A program made the translations under genes and the position numbers. A stretch of 64,000 nucleotides of DNA from an uncultured Methanosarcinales archaeon (GTDB lineage Archaea; Nanobdellota; Nanobdellia; Woesearchaeales; UBA12501). The stretch lies in the NCBI GenBank assembly GCA_964343705.1, contig CAYFJX010000008.1, forward strand, positions 447 to 64,446, in the 5' to 3' direction. The notes under the pieces were generated by a model that searched no databases, was not told the DNA's origin, and saw only the letters and a list, made by a program, of their open reading frames with translations. Positions within the stretch are counted from its first letter, which is position 1; the number at the start of each line of letters is the position of its first letter. Of the stretch, positions 9,895-19,616 are shown one piece after another.

Positions 9895-11838
9895 ATGGCA
9901 AAAAAACGAAAACAATCAAAAAGAACAAAACCAAAACGCGCAAAGAAAACAGCACAAAGAAAAGCGCGTAAGGCAAACAAAAAATCAAAAAAACCATCAC
10001 GACCAGCAAAAGGCAGCGGCAAAATTGTCAGCACAGGCATTCTTAACAGAATTGCAGGTCCTGTAGTTGTAGCCAAAGGCCTTAAGGCAGGGATGTATGA
10101 TGTTGTCCGAGTTGGTAATGAACGCATTATGGGTGAAGTTATTCAAATTGACAAAAACAACACTGTTATTCAAGTTTACGAAGATACTTCAGGTATAAAG
10201 CCTGGCGAACCTGTTGAAAACACAGGGGAACAATTGTCTGTTGAACTTGGACCTGGACTACTCACCAGTATTTATGATGGTATTCAACGACCACTGCCTG
10301 TTCTACAAACCCAAATGGGTGACTTTATTGAACGTGGTGTTGATGCACCTGGACTTGACCACAACAAATCATGGGAGTTCAAACCACGAAAAAAGAAAGG
10401 AGACAAAATTAGTGGTGGAGAATGCATTGGAGATGTTGAAGAAACAGAAGGAAACATGCACAGAATTATGATACCTCCAAATGTACTTAAACCAGGTGAA
10501 GACGGACGCATTGTGGAAATCAAAGCAGGCTCATTTACTATTGATGAAACAGTATGTGTTGTTGAATTCAAAGGAAAAAAACACAATGTTTGTATGCATC
10601 AACGATGGCCAGTTCGACTACCACGACCAGTTAGCAAAAAACTTGCACCTACTATTCCATTAATTACTGGACAACGTGTTTTCGATGTTTTGTTCCCTCT
10701 TGCAAAAGGAGGAGCTGGGGCAATCCCTGGACCGTTTGGAGCAGGAAAAACAGTTAGTCAACAGCAAATCGCTAAGTGGTGTGACGCAGACTTTATTGTC
10801 TATGTTGGTTGTGGAGAACGTGGAAACGAAATGACAGAAGTTCTCACAGAGTTCCCCCACCTTAATGACCCACGAAGTGGAAAGCCACTTATGAATCGTA
10901 CAGTACTTATTGCAAATACATCTAACATGCCAGTAGCTGCTCGAGAAGCTTCTATTTATACAGGAGTTACTATTGCAGAATACCTGCGAGACATGGGTTA
11001 CAGTGTTGCAATGATGGCAGACTCAACCAGTCGATGGGCAGAAGCAATGAGAGAGATCTCGTCACGACTAGAAGAGATGCCTGGTGAAGAAGGATACCCT
11101 GCGTACCTTTCTACACGACTTGCAGAATTTTATGAGAGAGCAGGACGTGTTGTACCTCTTGCAGCAACTGAAAAAGTACAAGAAGACGTGTCCAAAAAGG
11201 CAGACGCTAAAAAGAAGACAAACAGCATTGGTGAAGGTTCAGTAACTATTATTGGAGCTGTAAGTCCTCCTGGTGGAGACTTTTCAGAACCAGTAACACA
11301 ATCTACACTGAGAGTTACCAAAACCTTCTGGGCTCTTGATGCTAAACTTGCTCAGCGACGACACTTCCCCTCTATCAACTGGCTTAACAGTTACAGTTTG
11401 TACAGGGAATCATTAGAACCTTGGTTTGCACAAAGTGTTGCAAGCGACTGGGAAGAATTAGTAACCAAAATGATGGCTATTCTTCAAGAAGAAGACAAGC
11501 TCATGGAGATTGTACAGTTGGTAGGTTCAGACTCCTTGCCTGACAAGGAACAACTTACTTTGGAAGTTGCACGATTAATTCGTGAGTTCCTATTACAACA
11601 AAATGCGTTCCATGATATTGACACATTTTGTGAGCTACCAAAAAGTTATATGATCATGAAGACAATCCTTCACTTCTCAACTTTGGCACAAGCTGCGCTT
11701 GGCCAGGGAACACGAGTTAAGGATATCCTCAAAATGAAATCAAAAGACTCAATTGCAGACGCAAAGTTCAGTAAGGACTATGGAAAAGTTCTTAAGGACG
11801 CTCAGAAGGCCATGCAGTCTGAGTTTAACAAGGTATAG
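9895..11838 (+). CDS. atpA: A-type ATP synthase catalytic subunit A, with a 45-aa polybasic N-terminal extension
   Basis: Walker [89 protein letters not shown] lies 5 nt before the ATG at 9895. Confidence 0.95.
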   Translation: MAKKRKQSKRTKPKRAKKTAQRKARKANKKSKKPSRPAKGSGKIVSTGILNRIAGPVVVAKGLKAGMYDVVRVGNERIMGEVIQIDKNNTVIQVYEDTSGIKPGEPVENTGEQLSVELGPGLLTSIYDGIQRPLPVLQTQMGDFIERGVDAPGLDHNKSWEFKPRKKKGDKISGGECIGDVEETEGNMHRIMIPPNVLKPGEDGRIVEIKAGSFTIDETVCVVEFKGKKHNVCMHQRWPVRLPRPVSKKLAPTIPLITGQRVFDVLFPLAKGGAGAIPGPFGAGKTVSQQQIAKWCDADFIVYVGCGERGNEMTEVLTEFPHLNDPRSGKPLMNRTVLIANTSNMPVAAREASIYTGVTIAEYLRDMGYSVAMMADSTSRWAEAMREISSRLEEMPGEEGYPAYLSTRLAEFYERAGRVVPLAATEKVQEDVSKKADAKKKTNSIGEGSVTIIGAVSPPGGDFSEPVTQSTLRVTKTFWALDAKLAQRRHFPSINWLNSYSLYRESLEPWFAQSVASDWEELVTKMMAILQEEDKLMEIVQLVGSDSLPDKEQLTLEVARLIREFLLQQNAFHDIDTFCELPKSYMIMKTILHFSTLAQAALGQGTRVKDILKMKSKDSIADAKFSKDYGKVLKDAQKAMQSEFNKV

Positions 11839-11900
11839 GTGATCACGATGAAACAACAAAAATTAAAAATTTTTGAGCTTCATTTTCGGGGGTGCCGAAA

Positions 11901-13304
11901 ATGAAAGAATACAAAACAATAAACCGGGTCGCAGGACCATTAATCTTTGTAGAAAAAACACACCCAGTAGGGTACAATGATCTTGTACGGATCAGCTTAC
12001 CTAATGGTGAAATCAAAAATGGGCAAGTACTTGACACAGGCGATGAAATAGTTGTTGTACAAGTCTTTGAAGGTACTAGCAGTATCGACAAGGAAGCTAA
12101 GGTCAAGTTTCTTGGTGAAAACATCAAGTTGCCTGTTTCCAAAGACATGCTTGGAAGAATCCTTAACGGCGCGGGGAAACCAATTGATGGCGGTGCTGAA
12201 ATCATCCCTGAGAAAAAGATGGACATTACTGGAGCTGCCATTAACCCATACGCTCGAGGTAGTCCTGCTGACTTTATTCAAACAGGAATTTCAACTATTG
12301 ACGCAATGAACACACTTGTTCGGGGACAAAAGCTTCCAATCTTTAGTGGGAGTGGTCTTCCACACAACCAAATTGCCTTGCAAATTGCAAGACAAGCAAA
12401 AGTTGTTGGACAAGAAAGTAATTTCGTTGTTATCTTCGCAGCAATGGGAATTACTAATGAAGAAGCGCAGTACTTTATCAAAGATTTCGAGGAAACAGGA
12501 GCTCTACAAAGAAGTGTTGTTTTCCTTAATCTAGCAGACGACCCTGCAGTTGAAAGACTGGTTACACCAAGGATGGCATTAACTGCTGCAGAATACTTTG
12601 CGTATGAGAAAGACATGCACGTTCTTGTTATTCTAACAGACATGACAAACTATTGTGAATCACTTCGGGAAATTGGTTCAGCACGTGAAGAAGTTCCCGG
12701 GCGACGTGGATACCCAGGGTACATGTATACTGACCTTGCAATGATCTACGAACGAGCAGGAATGATCAAAGGACGAAAAGGAAGTGTAACACAGATTCCC
12801 ATCCTTACAATGGTTGGTGATGATATCACACACCCTATTCCTGACCTAACAGGTTATATTACAGAAGGACAGATTGTTCTTTCAAGAGAACTACATCGAA
12901 AGAATGTATATCCTCCTGTTGATGTTCTGCCATCTCTTTCAAGACTGATGAATCTTGGAATTGGAGAAGGAAAAGGTAAAACACGAGAAGATCATAAGAA
13001 TGTATCAGACCAGATGTATGCAAACTATGCAGAAGGTCGAGACTTACGTGGTCTTGTAGCTATTGTTGGAGAAGAAGCACTTTCTGACCGAGACAAGAAA
13101 CTACTGAAGTTTGCTGAAAAGTTCGAAGATCAATTCGTGCGACAGGATAGAAATGAAGATCGAAGCATTACCAAAGGCACCTTGAATATGGGATGGAAAC
13201 TCTTAGGTAGCTTTGAATCAAGAGAGCTCACACGGATTAGTCCTAAGTTGAGAGAAAAGTACCACAAAGAAATTTCAGAAAAAGAAGTAAAAGCAAGTGC
13301 TTAG
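11901..13304 (+). CDS. atpB: A-type ATP synthase subunit B
   Basis: [55 protein letters not shown] at 11901 follows a GGGGTG SD; the track uses a GTG at 11892. Confidence 0.95.
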   Translation: MKEYKTINRVAGPLIFVEKTHPVGYNDLVRISLPNGEIKNGQVLDTGDEIVVVQVFEGTSSIDKEAKVKFLGENIKLPVSKDMLGRILNGAGKPIDGGAEIIPEKKMDITGAAINPYARGSPADFIQTGISTIDAMNTLVRGQKLPIFSGSGLPHNQIALQIARQAKVVGQESNFVVIFAAMGITNEEAQYFIKDFEETGALQRSVVFLNLADDPAVERLVTPRMALTAAEYFAYEKDMHVLVILTDMTNYCESLREIGSAREEVPGRRGYPGYMYTDLAMIYERAGMIKGRKGSVTQIPILTMVGDDITHPIPDLTGYITEGQIVLSRELHRKNVYPPVDVLPSLSRLMNLGIGEGKGKTREDHKNVSDQMYANYAEGRDLRGLVAIVGEEALSDRDKKLLKFAEKFEDQFVRQDRNEDRSITKGTLNMGWKLLGSFESRELTRISPKLREKYHKEISEKEVKASA

Positions 13305-13334
13305 ACAACAGAAACAACAAAGTAAGGTGAAAAA

Positions 13335-14015
13335 ATGAGTGGAAATGGACCAAGCATGGAAGAATCCGCAGGATTCCTGCGAACACTATTACAAAGAAAT
13401 GACAAACACGCAAAAGAAATGGGACCAGAAATATATGGCCCATTAGCAACTGGACAAAAACCAAAAGTTGCCATTGCATGGTGCGCAGATTCACGAGTAC
13501 ATAGTGTTGCATTTGCTCATGATTTTGATCACATGAAAGACGTAGTGAATGGTGTATTTGTTGGTCGAGATATTGGAAACACATACAATGATTCCGAAGG
13601 TATAGCTAACTATGCTGTTAACCATCTTGGCGTACCTATCCTTGTTGTAATGGGACACACTGGCTGCGGTGCAATTGCTGCATCCGCAGGAGATTATAGT
13701 GGTGAAGCACATGGTATTCAAACACGGCTAGACAAGCTAGGTGGTGTTACTGAAGGAGGAGCTTCATGCGCACAAAACAATGTTGATCACCAAGTAGGCA
13801 TTGCAATTGATAAATACCAAGAAAAAGTACAAGCAGGAGAACTGGTGGTGCTTGGCGCAATGTTTGACTTAACAGGAGAATTTGGTGGTAGCCCTGGAAA
13901 GATTTACATTACCAATGTGAATGGAACAAGTGATGCTTCAGGTATTAGAGAACACACCATTTTCAAGGGGTATGATGCAAGAATGCTTGAAGAAACAGTA
14001 CAGCGACTTGAATAA
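13335..14015 (+). CDS. beta-class carbonic anhydrase-like protein embedded in the ATPase operon
   Basis: 226 aa with the two beta-CA zinc-ligand motifs C-x-D-x-R (AWCADSRV) and H-x-x-C-G (VMGHTGCGAI). AAGGTGA SD. 30 nt after atpB and 2 nt before atpD. Confidence 0.75.
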   Translation: MSGNGPSMEESAGFLRTLLQRNDKHAKEMGPEIYGPLATGQKPKVAIAWCADSRVHSVAFAHDFDHMKDVVNGVFVGRDIGNTYNDSEGIANYAVNHLGVPILVVMGHTGCGAIAASAGDYSGEAHGIQTRLDKLGGVTEGGASCAQNNVDHQVGIAIDKYQEKVQAGELVVLGAMFDLTGEFGGSPGKIYITNVNGTSDASGIREHTIFKGYDARMLEETVQRLE

Positions 14016-14017
14016 AC

Positions 14018-14629
14018 ATGACAGACATAAAACCAACAAGAAGTGAGCTAATAAAGCTTAAGAAGAAAATCAAACTAGCTAAGTCAGGCCATAAACTGCT
14101 AAAGAAAAAGCGGGACGGCCTGATTCTTGACTTTTTTGAGATTATGAAAAAAGCTAAAACACTTCGACAGGAACTTGCAGCAGAGTACAAAGAAGCATTA
14201 GGCAAAATTAATATTGCTCGGACTCTTGAAAGTGATCTAAAAATAAAGAGTCTTGCACTTGCCATCAAGAACAATCCTGAAATCATGCTTGAAACTAAGA
14301 ATATTATGGGTGTTGTTGTTCCTAAGATTTCTGCAGAACACCGTAAGACAACTCTTATGGAGCGAGGTTATGGTTTTATTGACAGCAGCGCTGCGATTGA
14401 TGAAGCTGGAACAGCCTATGAAAAAGTTGTTGAGAAGATTATTGAAGCAGCAGAGACTGAAACTGCCATGAAGAAGATCCTTGCAGAAATTGAAAAGACA
14501 AAAAGGCGTGTAAATGCTCTTGAATTCGCTGTTATCCCCCAGATGGAGAAGGATGGCAAGTTCATCAAGCTACGGCTTGAAGAAATGGAACGAGAGAATG
14601 TTTTCCGTCTTAAACGGATTAAGGCTTAG
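14018..14629 (+). CDS. atpD: A-type ATP synthase subunit D (central stalk)
   Basis: 203 aa; KPTRSELIKLKKKIKLAKSGHKLLKKKRDGL N-terminus and RRVNALE C-terminal helix typical of subunit D. Confidence 0.9.
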   Translation: MTDIKPTRSELIKLKKKIKLAKSGHKLLKKKRDGLILDFFEIMKKAKTLRQELAAEYKEALGKINIARTLESDLKIKSLALAIKNNPEIMLETKNIMGVVVPKISAEHRKTTLMERGYGFIDSSAAIDEAGTAYEKVVEKIIEAAETETAMKKILAEIEKTKRRVNALEFAVIPQMEKDGKFIKLRLEEMERENVFRLKRIKA

Positions 14630-15417
14630 ATCATCTTTTTCTTAGCAAAGAGGTAAGTTACATACCCACTTGCTAGAGCAATAAGAAATGACACTAGAGT
14701 TCCATAAATAATCCCTTGTGTTGGATACAAGTAATACACTGCAACTGCATACACAACAACATTAAACGACCCAGTTAAACCAGTTACTTTCATCAACGCT
14801 GCTGAAAATGCCGCACCTCGTGCTTGATATGAAATAATCATTGTTGATAAGAAAATTGCAGGAAAACTTGCAAACAAACCACCCATCAAAGGACCACCAA
14901 CTTTAGCCATGACAACTGCAAAGGTAATAATACTTCCAGTAAGTAATGCACGGAAAAGGATTTGACCAGGTCTGTATTTGATTTTCTTTGTTGGTGGTGC
15001 AGGAAGATGCAATACTTTTTCTAAGTAATAATAAGATGCCAGCAAAAACAATGCAAAAACAAGTAGAGTATACTTGAAATTAAGTGGCCGAGACAAAGCA
15101 CCATAACCAATAAGTAACCATGCTACAAGTGCGATGGCAACTGCTCTCCAAAAACCCTTTTTTACCCATGCACAATACAATGCAATAAAAGCACAACTAC
15201 CTGCAAAAGCTAAGGGCATGATAGTAGTTGCTTGAGCTGCTGCTACAGGTGATTGTGTCCAGCCAATAAAAAACAATGCTATAAGTGCTGTGCCAGGAAG
15301 GCCAGTTAGAACACCACCTATTTTAGTGCCAAATCGTTCTGCAATAAGTGTGGTGGTTGGTATCCATATACTTGCCACGATAAATGTGATAATCAGTTTG
15401 ACGATGAATGGGTCCAT
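14626..15417 (-). CDS. polytopic membrane protein with internal duplication
   Basis: About 263 aa from MDPFIVKLIITF (Met52 of the track ORF; upstream codons are not membrane-like). 8 predicted TM helices in two similar halves. Family not recognised. Confidence 0.55.
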   Translation of the reverse strand: MDPFIVKLIITFIVASIWIPTTTLIAERFGTKIGGVLTGLPGTALIALFFIGWTQSPVAAAQATTIMPLAFAGSCAFIALYCAWVKKGFWRAVAIALVAWLLIGYGALSRPLNFKYTLLVFALFLLASYYYLEKVLHLPAPPTKKIKYRPGQILFRALLTGSIITFAVVMAKVGGPLMGGLFASFPAIFLSTMIISYQARGAAFSAALMKVTGLTGSFNVVVYAVAVYYLYPTQGIIYGTLVSFLIALASGYVTYLFAKKKMI

Positions 15418-15603
15418 TGTAAGACCTGAGATAAGTGAATATATAAAACTTGTTGTGCCATTACTGCGGAGCCAAACTGTCCGCATCCAGCGGACAGTAA
15501 ATACGCCAGAGCACCTGCATAAATCGGTGCTCTGGCTGACAAACTCCAAGGCAGTAATGACCAAGCACATACCTTTATATACCCCTGATGTTCTGTCAAG
15601 GGT

Positions 15604-16659
15604 ATGATCTCAGAAAAAAAGTGTGAAGAACTCAAAGCAGAGCTTGACAGCTGTGGTAGGCCATTCTTCTTATTTGACGATGATCCTGACGGTTTCACTT
15701 CATTCTTGCTCTTGTACCGCTATAAGCGTGAAGGAAAAGGCATTCCAGTAAAGAGCTCTTCAGTTAATACTAAGTTTATTGAAGCAATCAAGCGTTATGA
15801 ACCAGACAAAATATTTATCTTAGACGTTCCAGTGGTAGATGAAGCGTTTGTTGAAGCAATGGAAAAGATGAAACTTCCCATTGTATGGCTTGACCATCAT
15901 GCACCTCCTTCAAAAGATATGCAACAGCGGATTTCTTACTTTAGTCCTAAACTTGAGGATGAAAAAGATTCAAGTTCAACAGCAATCAATGCGTATGCTG
16001 TGGTTAAAGAACCAAAAGATATCTGGATTGCAATGATTGGTGCTGTGGGTGACTGGCAGATTCCACCCTACAAAGACGAGTTTTGCAAAGCATACCCTGA
16101 ACTTATGGATACTACAATTAACAAACCAGAGGTTGCTTTGTTTGGCACTGAGCTAGGCAAGCTGGTGAAGCTTGTTTCTTTTATGCTTAAAGGCACCACA
16201 AACCAAGTAATGAAGTGTGTAAAAATAATGACACGAATTGAAAACCCTGATGAAATACTCAAGCAAACAAGCTCCCGCGGGGCATTTCTTATGAAACACA
16301 GCAGCAAGGTACAAGAAAAGTATGATGCATTATACAAAGAAGCTAGTGATAGTATTAAAGAACAAAAAGAAAAAGTTGCAGTGTTTGCCTATCCTGATCA
16401 AAAAACAAGTTTTACTAAGGAAATATCTAACGAGCTCTTGTACAACTTCCCAGAAAAAATATTGATGATTGCTCGTGAAAAAAGTGGTGAAATGAAAATA
16501 AGTTTGAGAAGCGCAGGAAAACCAATTATTGGATCACTCAAAAAAGCACTTGCAGGAGTGCAGGGTTATGGTGGTGGTCATGATCACGCATGTGGTGCGT
16601 GTGTGAAAAAGAGAGATTTCGAAACATTTATAGAACAGTTTAGAAAAGAAGTAGCATAA
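15604..16659 (+). CDS. DHH-family phosphoesterase (DHH + DHHA1-like)
   Basis: 351 aa; FDDDPDG, VWLDHH (DHH motif) and C-terminal GYGGGHDHACG (DHHA1 GGGH motif). Confidence 0.75.
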   Translation: MISEKKCEELKAELDSCGRPFFLFDDDPDGFTSFLLLYRYKREGKGIPVKSSSVNTKFIEAIKRYEPDKIFILDVPVVDEAFVEAMEKMKLPIVWLDHHAPPSKDMQQRISYFSPKLEDEKDSSSTAINAYAVVKEPKDIWIAMIGAVGDWQIPPYKDEFCKAYPELMDTTINKPEVALFGTELGKLVKLVSFMLKGTTNQVMKCVKIMTRIENPDEILKQTSSRGAFLMKHSSKVQEKYDALYKEASDSIKEQKEKVAVFAYPDQKTSFTKEISNELLYNFPEKILMIAREKSGEMKISLRSAGKPIIGSLKKALAGVQGYGGGHDHACGACVKKRDFETFIEQFRKEVA

Positions 16660-16683
16660 ATAACAAGGTAAGAGGTGTGATAG

Positions 16684-17562
16684 GTGAAAAGTAAACTAGT
16701 GTCTCATTGTTCTATTTTCACAGCATCATTAGCACTAGCATTTATTGGAGTATTCGTCAAACTTATCGACGGTGCAGTACCAAGTTTCACTATTGCTTTT
16801 TTCAGAGCACTATTAGGGTTCTTATTCCTTCTCTGTATAGTTCCATTTATAGACAAAAGTGTATTCAAGAATTTTAGGGAGAACGCGCGCAACTATGCAC
16901 TCACTGGCTTGCTTATGGCAGCAGCGTTTACTGTAGCGATTATTGCCTTAAACAATGCTCCTGTATCTAATGTGATTATGATACTCGCTACCAATGTCAT
17001 TTTTGTTGCCTTGCTAGCATCTCACTTTCTGCATGAGAAGATTACCAATCGGGAAAAGATTGCCATGGTAGTGGGAATTGTCGGTGTTGCTGTCATCAAT
17101 CCCTTCAAAGGAGGATATGCTCTTGGCAATGGTTTAGCCTTGCTTGCCGCAGTTATAGGAGCATGCCTCATTGTCTACATGCGATATGAAGGAAAAGGCC
17201 ACACACCAGGAACAAGCATGTGGTTCTTATTTTTTGCAGCTTTGTTCCTTTCACCAACACCTTTTATCTGGGGAGTTGGAGATATACTAAGTAAATGGTA
17301 CTGGATACTACTGCTTGGAATTTTGTGCACTGGCCTTGCGTACTTCCTTTTCAACTTTGGGATTGAAAATGTGAAAGCAGAAGATGTATCACTGCTTATG
17401 ATGATCAGCCAGCCAGTATTTGCAATTACCCTTGCTTACTTTCTAATTGGAGAAGTACCATCTCAGAATGTACTATGGGGAGGAGCAATCCTGTTATTGG
17501 CAGGGTTCATACTTGAATCAGGTAAGAAGTTCTGCCCAAGTCATATATTAAAGAAGATATAA
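16684..17562 (+). CDS. EamA/DMT-superfamily transporter
   Basis: 292 aa, 10 TM helices in two 5-TM repeats; GTG start after a GAGGTG SD. Confidence 0.75.
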   Translation: MKSKLVSHCSIFTASLALAFIGVFVKLIDGAVPSFTIAFFRALLGFLFLLCIVPFIDKSVFKNFRENARNYALTGLLMAAAFTVAIIALNNAPVSNVIMILATNVIFVALLASHFLHEKITNREKIAMVVGIVGVAVINPFKGGYALGNGLALLAAVIGACLIVYMRYEGKGHTPGTSMWFLFFAALFLSPTPFIWGVGDILSKWYWILLLGILCTGLAYFLFNFGIENVKAEDVSLLMMISQPVFAITLAYFLIGEVPSQNVLWGGAILLLAGFILESGKKFCPSHILKKI

Positions 17563-17572
17563 AGAAAAAAAA

Positions 17573-17806
17573 TTACATTTTTTCGAGTGCTTCCTTCATC
17601 ATAGGAAGTACTGCTTCAGCTTCTTCTTGAGTCATACGTCCAAGCTTTGCAAACTTAAGCTCGCCAGCTACGTTCTTGTTTTCCCTGCTGATTTGCATTT
17701 TTTTAACGCCCTCGTTATAAGAGCAGATTGCTACTGTAATCTTTGTTTTTTCGAATTCTACTGACTTTTCAAAGAGTCGTTGGTCTAAATTTGGGTCAAA
17801 TGGCAT
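17573..17806 (-). CDS. small cytoplasmic protein; weak resemblance to PC4/YdbC-type ssDNA-binding fold
   Basis: 77 aa from MPFDPNLDQ. Its first 17 nt are duplicated 124 nt upstream across an inserted element (see findings). Functional call is tentative. Confidence 0.5.
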   Translation of the reverse strand: MPFDPNLDQRLFEKSVEFEKTKITVAICSYNEGVKKMQISRENKNVAGELKFAKLGRMTQEEAEAVLPMMKEALEKM

Positions 17807-17930
17807 ATAGATCATCTCCGTGTTTGGTTATCAATTGAGTCGCACATCCAAGGTGAGTTCCGAATCCAATGAGGAACTCGCCCACATTTTGAGTCTTTTG
17901 TGTAACAAAAGACTTTGGGTCAAATGGCAT
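17790..17930 (-). mobile_element. 107-nt hairpin element flanked by a 17-bp direct duplication (TTTGGGTCAAATGGCAT)
   Basis: Direct repeats at 17790-17806 and 17914-17930. The insert is homologous to the one at 41312-41421, with compensatory changes in two stems. Confidence 0.55.
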
Positions 17931-18535
17931 TTTTTGTTTCCTCCGTCGTTATGATACCTAGGAAATATTTGTACTCAGTTATATAGGTTTCGATAAAATG
18001 CTCCCACTGGACACAATTTTCGTCAAAGACGAAAATGCGCATCTGAGCTTTGCTCAGATTGCACTGGACATACATGGATGGCTTTGCCTGATAAGTATTA
18101 TTTCTGCCCGAAAAGTAGCATATCTTTGGATTTTGTCAGAGTTTAACATCGCGATTAAGAGAAGTTCGGTTTTGAGGCAACCCACACCAAAAAAATTTGG
18201 GAAACATTCGGGAAATCGCTTGGCGATTTAGGCGAAGCCGACCGAATTTTCCTGATAATTCCTGTTAGTTTCTTTTCCCATACGTAGTGTGGGAAAATTT
18301 CGTCCGAAAAGTTTTTTCGGGGGCGTTCCATCTTTGGAGCGAATAGCGACTATCCAGAACATGTATCTAAGGGCACACTCATTTTACATCTATAATCTGG
18401 GAAATCTTTTACTGCTATTCAAGGGGTTCGGGGGCGAAGAAGAGCAGACTAATTATCTCTTTTAGGCGGTAATAAATGCAAAGCTTTATATAGTTAAATC
18501 CTATTTTTAGGATAAATCAAACCTAAAAAAGAAAA

Positions 18536-19147
18536 ATGCTAAAAAAATCATATCAAGTCTTGGATGTCTTTGTAACTAATCCAACTATTACATACTTATT
18601 TGGGGATGTTAAAGGGCGGATTGGTAGCAAATCAGAAAGTTATACCTACAATTCTCTTAAATCATTTGTAAAAGAAGGAATATTAACCAAAGATAAAAGA
18701 GGGGGCGTAGCAATTTACAAGATCACAGATTCCCCTAAAGCAATTTCGTTCTTATCAATGGCTGCTGAATACAAAGCATGGAATAGAAAAGGCATTCCAA
18801 TTGATAATATTATAGAAGTTATCAAAAAAGCGAAAATTAATTTTTTGACTTTGTTAATTACTGGAAGTTATGTTAAAGGAAAGCAAACAGCAAAATCTGA
18901 TCTTGATCTTGTTTTAATTGTTCCAAGTGATGTTAAGAAAATAACAGCAAGATTAAAACAATTTTGTGAGTTGAGTATTCCTGAAATTCATCTGTATGTG
19001 TTTACTGATGATGAGTTCAAGCAGATGCTACTAGATGAGAAACATAACTACGGGAAGGAAATAGTTAAAAATAATCTCGTCTTTTTTGGAGCAGAAGTCT
19101 ATTATAAAATAATGTTTGAGGCAATGAAAAATGGGTTCACTTACTGA
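18536..19147 (+). CDS. minimal nucleotidyltransferase (MNT) with N-terminal wHTH
   Basis: 203 aa; LITGSYVKGKQTAKSDLDLVLIV NTase motif; overlaps the downstream HEPN gene by 17 nt. Confidence 0.8.
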   Translation: MLKKSYQVLDVFVTNPTITYLFGDVKGRIGSKSESYTYNSLKSFVKEGILTKDKRGGVAIYKITDSPKAISFLSMAAEYKAWNRKGIPIDNIIEVIKKAKINFLTLLITGSYVKGKQTAKSDLDLVLIVPSDVKKITARLKQFCELSIPEIHLYVFTDDEFKQMLLDEKHNYGKEIVKNNLVFFGAEVYYKIMFEAMKNGFTY

Positions 19148-19616
19148 AATATATCTGGATAGATCAAATAATGAAGTCATGATAGCAGAATCTCTCAAGA
19201 GATTAACTGAGAAAGAGGAAGATAAAGAAAATTTTGATCTTCCAGAAGATATCAGCTTTTACAGCGCAGTTATTTCTCATTCGTATTATGCAATATTTTA
19301 TGCAGCAAAGGCTCTTCTTTTAACGAAGAAAATTGATACAAAAGCTCCAGAAGTTCATAAGAAAACATTTGAAGAATTTAAGAAACATTTTGTTGATACC
19401 AAAGAATTGGATATCAATTTTCTGAAAATATATAAGAAAATGATAGTCAGAGCTGATGAACTCTTACAAATATTCAAAGATGAGAAATGGAAGCGTGGTC
19501 ATTTTACTTATCAAACGATACCTCAAGCAAATAAAGAGCCTGCTGAAGATTCATTGAAAAATGCAAAATTTTTCGTCTCAAACATAATGAAGGTTGTAAA
19601 AGAATCCAAGAAGTAA
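19131..19616 (+). CDS. HEPN domain protein
   Basis: 161 aa; SHSYYAIFYAAKALLLTKKIDTKAPEVHKKTFEEF is a typical HEPN helix pair; coupled to the MNT. Confidence 0.7.
   Translation: MGSLTEIYLDRSNNEVMIAESLKRLTEKEEDKENFDLPEDISFYSAVISHSYYAIFYAAKALLLTKKIDTKAPEVHKKTFEEFKKHFVDTKELDINFLKIYKKMIVRADELLQIFKDEKWKRGHFTYQTIPQANKEPAEDSLKNAKFFVSNIMKVVKESKK

Noticed and set aside
17998-18231. 77-aa ORF in the hairpin-dense spacer
   Set aside because: No SD or TATA. It crosses several perfect palindromes, so it is more likely non-coding.
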